From: Octopus vulgaris
Taxonomy: Eukaryota
Length of the DNA: 64,000 nucleotides
Assembly (NCBI GenBank): GCA_951406725.2
Contig: OX597826.1
Span: 37,076,001-37,140,000 of the forward strand
Reading direction: 5' to 3'
Below are positions 55,373-64,000 of the stretch, in pieces. The notes beneath the pieces are model-generated. The model saw only the letters and a list, made by a program, of their open reading frames with translations. It made no database searches and was not told the DNA's origin. Each line of letters opens with the position of its first letter. Positions within the stretch are counted from its first letter, which is position 1. Made by a program: the position numbers and the translations under genes.

Positions 55373-55878
55373 CAAAACAGTCTATTAGTTGTTACTAGAA
55401 AGATGTAGATGTACAAATTCCTGTTCGATTGTCAAAATGCAATCAAAATTCGCCTGAATTTCTCAAAGATATGAAATGCACGTTTTTCATTCTGCGACAT
55501 GTATAGTGTTGCTGGTGGTTACATATATAATAGATACTAGCAGTTAAAGTGATTGTCAAGGTGTGATAGAAAATAGATTTGTACAGAAGCAATATCACCA
55601 CAAATATTAATAGGTAAGCATATTTTATGGTTAATGTTATGGCTGTTAGAAGAACGAATGGAATTTTGTCCACGTGTTTATGATACATAGAAACCTGTAC
55701 ACACACGAACAAGCATATCTGTGTATATGCATAAATGAAAACATTTAGAAACACAAATAAACGTACGTATTTATAATGGTATTCACATGTACACATTTAT
55801 ATACCTCAATCACACACTTATATATGTGTATATATATATATATATATATACTCGTCGTGGTCCAGTTATTTCTTTTAT

Positions 55879-56039
55879 GCGTAGGAGTGGCAGTGTGGTA
55901 AGTAGCTTGCTTACCAACCACATGGATCGGGTTCAGTCCCACTGCGTGGCACCTTGGGCAAGTGTCTTCTACTATAGCCTCGAGCCGACCAAAGCCTTGT
56001 GAGTGGATTTGGTAGACGGAAACTGAAAGACGCCCGTCG

Positions 56040-56116
<77 letters not shown>

Positions 56117-56310
56117 TTGTGTGTCTGTATTTGTCTCCCCAACATCGCTTGACAACCAATGGTGTGTCTGCGCCCCCGTAACTTAGCGGTTCGGCAAAAA
56201 AGACCGATAGAATAAGTACTAGGCTTACAAAGAATAAGTCCTCGGGTCAATTTGCTCGACTAAAGGCGGTGCTCCAGCATGGCCACAGTCAGATGACTAA
56301 AACAAGTAAA
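55879..56310 (+). mobile_element. SINE family A, full length
   Basis: Head, CORE-like block, expanded internal (TA)n(TG)n, complete 3' tail. Confidence 0.93.
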
Positions 56311-56489
56311 TTATATTTTTAATTTATTCCCATTCATGTGAAACCACTTATTCAAGTTCAAATCATTGATGCAATTTTATACCAATTGCTATTTTTACTT
56401 TTGTATGTTACGATTATATTATACTTTAGTTTGATTTTAATTATTACTTACTACATACAATTCAATTGTTATTATTATTTTTATTGTTA

Positions 56490-56907
56490 AAGTGAAAGCA
56501 TTATAGAGAAATAGAGAAATGTTTTTGTTTCACTTTTAACACGTAATACTGAAATAGTGGAGAAGATATGATATTGCTATGGGCTCGCTCTAGGCAAGAA
56601 GTTGAACATTTTGTTTTGCCCATGAAACTATATGGACCCTATGTAAGGCAAGTGCAAAATTTGAATGAAATTGGTTGTGCAGTTCTCAGGTTTTAGGGAA
56701 TCGTAGTGGAGAAGATATGATATTGCTGTGGGCTCGCCCTAGGCAAAAAGTTAAAATGTTTTTTGCCATGACACTCCCTGGACCCTAAGTAAGGCATGTG
56801 TAAAACTTGAATGAAATTGGTTGTGTAGTTCTCAAGTTTTAGGGAAACACACAGACAGACAGACACACACACACACACACATTCTCAGTTTTATATATAT
56901 ATAAAGA
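56490..56907 (-). mobile_element. Helitron-like non-autonomous fragment with an internal ~149-bp tandem duplication
   Basis: Minus-strand start TCTTTATATATATATAAAACTGAGAATGTGTG followed by (GTCT)n; two diverged units beginning TAGTGGAGAAGATATGATATTGCT at about 56555 and 56704. No 3' CTAG found; left boundary is approximate. Confidence 0.55.
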
Positions 56908-57845
56908 TATACATAAACATGCATGTACATAAACATACATATACATACATATGACTGGGGGATTAATAAGGCGGGATAAATAAGGGATTAGTAGTCTAAG
57001 AAAAATATGTTATTAAGCTCACTGCAGATAAAAATACACCTAGCTAACAAAAATGCCTTGGGATAGGTATCGTACTTCAGGTTGCGCACAGCCGAGAGTC
57101 GAACAAAATTCGAAATCCAACACTGGTCATATTTGTAAATCCATCGTTACATAAGCTGGTTGAGATGGTATGTTTTAAGACAGTACTATGTAAAATAGAA
57201 ATAATTGGTTACCTCCATTTATTTGGGGTTTTTTTAAAAGTTTTTTAGGTTATTTAGGTGCGTTCATGGACTCAGTTTCGGTCATTCAATTGATTGATCG
57301 ACTGGAAATATAGGGAATCGCCAGCACAATCCTATCTCCCTCAGAATCACACCCAACCAACTGCCAAATAATATTTATAGATAAAAACAGAAGATGGAAT
57401 CTTGCCAGTGTGTCATTGATACAGAACTAATTCGTTTGTTTCTAGCCATCAAATTTAAGCTATTGTTCTTTCTTACCCCAGCTGAATAGTATTCACACCG
57501 AGTAGAGAAAGTTGATATCCCCACACCATCGTTGAAGTCAGTGGTAAGCTTACGTATACTTTTACCTCTTACACATATGGCGGGATTCTTTACAGTTTCC
57601 ATCAGCGCAATATCGCTGACAAGGTCTGTACTATAAGTATTCCCTTTTTGATGAGAGATCAATTTTTCAACATAAACACTTCTACTTTGACAGACTCAAA
57701 TAACGTGGTCAAGTAGAAACAAAGACTCAATGAAGAATCAAGTATCTTTACAGGAAAAACACAATGTCGAGTGAAAGAATTAATTTCTGATTTAGAATTC
57801 ATACTTACATACATTCGCATATACATACATATACATATACCTACA

Positions 57846-58339
57846 TGGTGGCTGCCCCCTCATTATCGAGTATGGCCATTGCATGAACCTTAATCAGTGT
57901 TGTTATCGTGCAATTCCTGTGAGAGACGACTTTTTTAAAGAGAGGAAAGGTTGTACACTGAGTCAGTCTCACTCACTAAGCAACAGCAGCCATAATCCGA
58001 AAAGAAGAACGAGTCAACATCATCGGTAACCACTGAGCCGCAGGTTTTTTGGCGGAGTTATCCCAGTTACCTGAGTTACCTCCTCCTAGAAGGATGCTCT
58101 AACAAAGGCTAGGAGTCCTTCACTCCCAATGGTTTAACCGCGCGATCAGGTATTCAGTCCGATTATTTCTATGTCCCCGCGCATGATACAGCCTTAAGAC
58201 ATTTATTGGATGGCCGTTGACTATCAAGAGTTCCTCCGCCCTTTGACGGTTTTTAATTTTCATCCCGCAGGGTGTCTAATAAACACCCTCCTCACCAAGC
58301 AAGCTTGGTGGGGTTGCCGGTTTAGTCGCCGACGTCCCG

Positions 58340-58340
<1 letters not shown>
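57846..58340 (-). mobile_element. Non-autonomous RTE-derived element (5' UTR joined to 3' end)
   Basis: GC-richer ~495-bp block between microsatellites; minus strand contains TAGCCTTTGTTAGAGCATCCTTCTAGGAGGAGGTAACTC, resembling a recalled RTE 5' UTR motif; no coding frame. Confidence 0.55.
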
Positions 58341-58419
<79 letters not shown>

Positions 58420-58490
58420 TTTTGGCCAAGAAGCGTCAATTTTTACAATTCTGTAAATGATAATAATAGTATTTTTATAAGTTTAAAACT

Positions 58491-58691
58491 TATAAGCGAT
58501 CACCGCGCAATTACTAATAGTCTAATATGAACCCTCGACAGGAAAAAGCAGGTTTTGCCGTACGCGTGGAATTTTCCAGTGTTGTGAATTCGAGCCCGAC
58601 ACGCACGGGAAAAGCTACTTTTTTCTGTGGAGGGCTTATATGCTCCATTATTAGATTATTTTTTCTATAGTCATTGCGTGGTGATCGCTTG

Positions 58692-58693
<2 letters not shown>
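58491..58693. repeat. Fold-back element with B-box-like apex
   Basis: 58491-58567 pairs with 58599-58693 (two indels); spacer contains GAATTCGAGCCC; right arm runs into (TA)n. Confidence 0.8.
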
Positions 58694-58730
<37 letters not shown>

Positions 58731-58735
58731 GTATG

Positions 58736-58787
<52 letters not shown>

Positions 58788-58801
58788 TGTATATATATCT
58801 A

Positions 58802-58870
<69 letters not shown>

Positions 58871-59454
58871 CCAATGGTAAGAGACAAGGATCATGGCGTA
58901 GGAAGATAGTAAGCTTCGAGCAGTCCGTAGAAGTTGTGGTAAAAAGAGCTTGCAGAAGAAATAATGGTTTATTAGCAAAGAAGGTTGTAAGTTTTTCCCG
59001 TATCAAATTTCGATATACTGAAAAGAATTGTTGTATGGCTTACGGTTACCAGCGGGTGTTGCTGTGTACGCGAACAGAAATCAAGAGTTAGGGAATGAGA
59101 TAGATAAAAATCAGGTTGCATATGTTTCATAGTAAGTAGAACCTCGGAAGTGGTAATTATCCAAACGCGGGATAATCCGCTAGCTACTCACCAGGCCTTA
59201 ATCGTACGAAATTAACATTATCGTCAAGGGATGCCATGTTGACTCGGAAAAGATTCGATTGAAAATGCGTGGAAAGCAAAGAATTTGAGAAGAAAAACAT
59301 ATTAGTGAAGGAGTAGGTAACTGAAAAGGAAAGGATAAAAGGGAAGAGAGAGAGGGGGATGAGTAGGAGAAAATTGGGTATTCATGAAGCTAGCTAGGGG
59401 AAGGTCTTTGTGAATGTAGGTTGAGGTCATTTATGGGTTTTGTGTAGAATTATC

Positions 59455-59630
59455 CATGCCGGAGCATCGTCTTCAGTAGAATAAATGGATCCCAGGACTT
59501 ATTCTTTGTAAGCCTAGTACTTATTCTATCGACCTGGTTTGCCGAACTGCTAAGTTACGGATACGTAAATACACCAACATTGGTTGTCAGGTGATGGTAG
59601 GGGGACACACAGACACACAGACACACAAAT
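59455..59630 (-). mobile_element. SINE family A, 3' half
   Basis: GGACTTATTCTTTGTAAGCCTAGTACTTATTCTATCG...GCTAAGTTACGG matches family A. Confidence 0.85.
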
Positions 59631-60081
59631 ACATCTTGATAATACTAGAACTCTAGAGATGTTCGTGTGCAACTGAAATATCTCAGAAATAGTATACTTT
59701 GTCTTATGTTTTTTTATATATTTATTTTCATACTTACCTTCGGCAGTGCAGTACAAATTTTTGTGGCATTTATAACTTTATTTAAAGTATTAAACACAAT
59801 TTTTGTTATTTTTTGACGAAAAATACTTGGCTTCTGTGACGTCAACACATATACGCACATACAGAATACACACACATATAATGATTGTTATGGCTTGTCA
59901 ATCAACACAATCACACGTCTGCTATCTGTGACCTATACACACACATAGTCTTCAAATTCTCTAAGAAGAAAAAAACCGTCGACTTTTGACGTACACAATA
60001 TTTTAATCATTTAGAAATATGTGTAACTGGATGTGATTTCATCATCCGGAGATCGCTAATTTCCGTAAAAAGTTTATTTAT

Positions 60082-60482
60082 TTAATTGTGTTTTAAAATG
60101 AAAGAGAGGAGAAAGTCGAAGATGTATGAACATGTATATAAAATGGACGTGTGTGTGTGAGAGAGAGAGAAAGAGAGAGAGAAAGAAAGAGAGAAAGAAA
60201 GAGAGAGAAAGAGAGTGAGTGAAGGGGTCTGTTGTCATGTATATGTACATACCACAATACATATGAGTACATCTTTTTTGCATGTACGTGTGCATATGTG
60301 TGTGAGAGACAGAGAGTGTGTGTGTGAGTGAACGTGTGTGTTTTCAATGTATGTGTAAGCGGCACACTCTCTTTCTCTCTCTTTCTCTCTCTCTCCCCAT
60401 CACTCACACACACACGTCCATTTCATATACACGTTCATACATCTTTCACTTTCTCCTCTCTTTCACTTTAAAACAAAAGTAA
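60082..60482. mobile_element. MITE-like element with ~75-bp inverted arms
   Basis: TTTTAAAATGAAAGAGAGGAGAAAGTCGAAGATGTATGAACATGTATATAAAATGGACGTGTGTG pairs with about 60405-60476; complementary (GA)n/(TC)n tracts extend the stem. Confidence 0.7.
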
Positions 60483-60683
60483 CAGGTGATTCCCAGGATA
60501 AAAATTGTTTTAAAAAGGCTTCCACTCATGTAAATTGATTACTATTGTTTGGATGGTTCCAATTAAATAAGTCCAGAAGTTAGGTTAAACATATATACAT
60601 ACATAGGTACCGTGAATTCCCATTCTAAAAAATAGCAAACAATTGCGTGTATACTTTACCAGGCAAAGGTATTAAGTCTAGTG

Positions 60684-60821
<138 letters not shown>

Positions 60822-61009
60822 AGTAGTTGAATGAATTATCTTATTAAGGATAATTCGAAAGATAACCGATACCTGGGTAGCAAATTCACATCAGAAACAT
60901 ATGTCGAGAATAAAGGATATTTGTTAACTAGTCGTTCAACTCCATTCTTTCGTATACTTATATATATATACATATATATATACATATATATATATATACA
61001 TATATATAT

Positions 61010-62896
61010 GCCCCAAATTACATAGGCAAGTTTGAAGATTGCCTCACAAGAATTAAAGAAATCCTCATGAATCTGGAACACCACGTGACCATGGGTGATT
61101 TCAACTTCCCCAACGTCAAATGGCCCGAAGGTCACATACTCTCAGGAATGAATCATTGCATGCAAGTACAGGTGGAGTTCCTGCTCAACCTCACCAATGC
61201 CTTATTCATGAAGCAAGTTGTACTCAAGCCAACTAGGGCGAATAACATTCTGGATCTCTGCTTCACGAACAATATGGACATCATTCATAATGTGAAAGTG
61301 ACACCGACATCAGTTTCGGATCACAACATAATAGAGCTGTCTATGTTTGGGCCGAAAGTAACCAGAGACATACAGCCTAAAGGAAGCACCCGAAATCTCT
61401 CCAATCTGAACTTCCACAAAGCAGATTGGAAATCGATCCAAAAAGAGATCCTCAGAGAGGACTGGCCGAAATGTCTCTCCACACCAGACATTGACATGAA
61501 ACTAGAATGTTTCATGTCTTTTGTGCAAGCCGTATGCCAAAAATATGTCCCAGAGCACAAGGCCAAAACAAATAGGAGCAAGATTCCAAGAGACAGGAAG
61601 ATCCTCATGAGACGACGGACGAAGGTTGAAAATCATCTCAACCAACATCCCAGCATTATGACTGGGTGTTGAGGCAGTTACTCAACAAATCAAATGTGGA
61701 CGTAATCTACCTTGATTTTGCAAAAGCTTTTGACAAGGTGGATCATGGTATGATATGCCACAAACTACGTGACCTCGGCATAGCTGGAAAACTTGGAGTG
61801 TGGTTGCATGACTTCCTGAAAGATAGGAGTCAGGCAGTAGTGGTTAATGGATCCACCTCTATGAACACACAAATAGTGAGCGGTGTTCCACAGGGCACTG
61901 TCTTGGGACCACTGCTTTTTATAGTGGCCCTCTCAGATATGCCTTTAAATGCCCGGATAGCCACTCTGGCCAGCTATGCAGACGATACGAAAGTCTCGCA
62001 GAAAATACAGAACCCCAGCGATGTTGCACACCTGCAGCAGGAGTTGGACTCAATCTACAGATGGGCTGATGATAATAATATGCAGTTTAATGCTGAAAAA
62101 TTTCAGGCCCTGCGCTACCAGCATCCAAAACTGAATATTAAACTTACAGGATACACCGGTCCACAGGGAATTTCAATCCCAGAGCCTAAGTCTGTGAGGG
62201 ACCTGGGTATCGACATGAGTGATGATACCTCTTTCCAAGTGCACCTTACCAGCATGGCGACAAAGTGCAGACGACTGGCTGGGTGGATCCTAAGAACATT
62301 CAGAACCAGAGATAAGGAAACCATGATGGTCCTCTGGCGGACGTTCGTCCTCAGTCGCCTGGATTACTGCTCACAGCTATGGTCACCCACCAGTGTAAAA
62401 TTAACAGCTCAGCTACTGGGAAAGGTTGAAACAGCTAAGACTCTACTTGCTGGAGAGAAGACGGGAGAGGTATGCAGTAATATATGTCTGGAAGATCCTG
62501 GAAGTAATTGTGCCAAATTTTGGCGTTGCAAACTACACCAATGCTAGAACGGGACGACACTGCATAGTGCCAAAGATCCCAGCAATGCCATCACGCTTCA
62601 GGACCAGCTTCTGCAACAGCCTGGGTTTCAAGGGCGCACAGCTTTTTAATATTCTCCCAAAGAGTCTGGAGAACTTGCACAAAGTAGATGTAGCGGTTTT
62701 AAAATCAAAGCTGGACATCTTCCTGTCAAGAGTCCCAGATGAACCTACCTCACGGCAAGAGGTGCAAATGAGAGTAGCTGTATCAAACTCCATTCTTCAC
62801 CAAGTGCCACATATTAGACGAGGTTCGTCGTAATAACAGTGTAGCACAAAACGGCGGTGCATCAGCATGGCCGCAGCTCTGAAGCTGAAACTAAAA

Positions 62897-62914
<18 letters not shown>
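61010..62914 (+). mobile_element. CR1-group LINE, 5'-truncated and internally deleted, with intact 3' end
   Basis: APE endonuclease C-terminus, RT core, ORF2 end at 62833, short 3' UTR, A22 tail at 62893-62914, (TA)n on both sides. Confidence 0.93.
61067..62833 (+). pseudogene. LINE ORF2 (AP endonuclease-reverse transcriptase) pseudogene
   Basis: MGDFNFP, PTRANNILDL, SDHN (APE); IYLDFAKAFDKVDH, SGVPQGTVLGPLLF, YADD, RDLGI (RT); LERRRER C-terminus. A large deletion near 61650 removes the RT N-terminal region; a smaller frameshifting deletion lies near 62410. Confidence 0.93.
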
Positions 62915-62936
<22 letters not shown>

Positions 62937-62939
62937 TAG

Positions 62940-63065
62940 GACGTGCGTCTTGAAGGCTTTATTCGGCTCGACGCTATAGTAGAAGACGCTTGGTCAAGGT
63001 GCCACGCAGTGGGACTGAACACACAGCCATGTGGTTGGGAACCAACCTTCTTACCAAATACCCAC
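62940..63065 (-). mobile_element. SINE family A, 5' fragment
   Basis: GCTATAGTAGAAGAC...CAAGGTGCCACGCAGTGGGACTGAAC is the reverse complement of the head and CORE-like region. Confidence 0.85.
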
Positions 63066-63708
63066 TATATACCTAAATATATTTTTACGTTTATGAGTTT
63101 GTGTTGCAAGATTCCTTGTGGTTCCCGGAGATATATTTAAACAGAGTCAAAGACAAAAGTGCCAGATGAAGAAATTGTAAGGAAGGTAAAGGAAGAGGGG
63201 GATAAATTGTAAGGAAGGAGAGAGATGTGGGAGATAAGGGGTTATGGTCAGTTGAGGCACATAATATTTCGAGGAAAGTTGTTTGTTTAACGCCTGATTT
63301 TAAGACTATATACGGGAATATGAGCGCACGTTGTACTTGTGTATACTTGTATACAGAGGGAAGATTTAGGAAGGAAAAGAAACCATGAAAATAGATATAG
63401 TATAAAAAATTAAATGGTAAAAATAAAAATAAGAAATATGAAAACATAGAAAGATTTATATGATAACATAATTATAATAATTTTAAAAGTAGCCCAAAAG
63501 TTGTTAGTAAGGAGATAGAGATAAGGAGAGAGTGGAAGACAGAGAGATATATAAATACATATGCATATATGTAATTAAATATATAGATGTATATATACAC
63601 GTGCGTTGATATCATATATGTATATATTAATTATATGTAGAAATAGATTTATATGTAGATATATGTATATACATTTATATTATTACATCTAGTTTTATAT
63701 ATATGTTA

Positions 63709-63801
<93 letters not shown>

Positions 63802-64000
63802 TGTGTGTGTATATATATATATAAATATATATATATACACATATATAGAGACATATACATTTATATACTTATATATATTTACAAGTATTTACACACAAAC
63901 ACACAAACACACACATATATATATAGATAGATAGATGTACGCGTATAAATCTATGTATGTATATCAGACGTTAGATGATAAAATTTGGTTTACTTTCATC

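Noticed and set aside
61666-62547. 293-aa reverse transcriptase ORF as a stand-alone or novel RT system
   Set aside because: It is part of a deleted CR1-group LINE ORF2, with APE motifs upstream and a LINE 3' end downstream.

Overview
AT-rich, microsatellite-dense eukaryotic DNA. The repeat complement (two tRNA-headed SINE families, RTE and CR1-type LINE pieces, Tc1/mariner, Helitron-like and Penelope-like elements) looks like an octopus/cephalopod genome; this rests on recall of those repeats, not a search. No host protein-coding gene can be supported: almost all listed ORFs are translations of simple repeats or of transposable elements, so the window is probably intergenic or a large intron. 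Well-supported content: a decayed DD34D mariner, a nearly intact DD37D (maT-type) transposon with perfect 26-bp TIRs, a truncated CR1-group LINE, and about 20 SINE copies, some with clean TSDs. Most interesting: (1) Penelope-like remnants, including a GIY-YIG C-terminus missed by the ORF track and three minimal hammerhead-ribozyme-like motifs; (2) a recurring fold-back architecture in which an inverted copy of the element's 3' end sits at its 5' side, twice with a tRNA-like head at the apex, suggesting tRNA-headed elements mobilised by Penelope; (3) a 39-nt 3' tail shared by the LINE and one SINE family, with compensatory base changes; (4) a ~590-bp near-identical duplication flanking a hammerhead-bearing insert. 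All alignments and folds were done by eye; ends of degenerate repeats are approximate.
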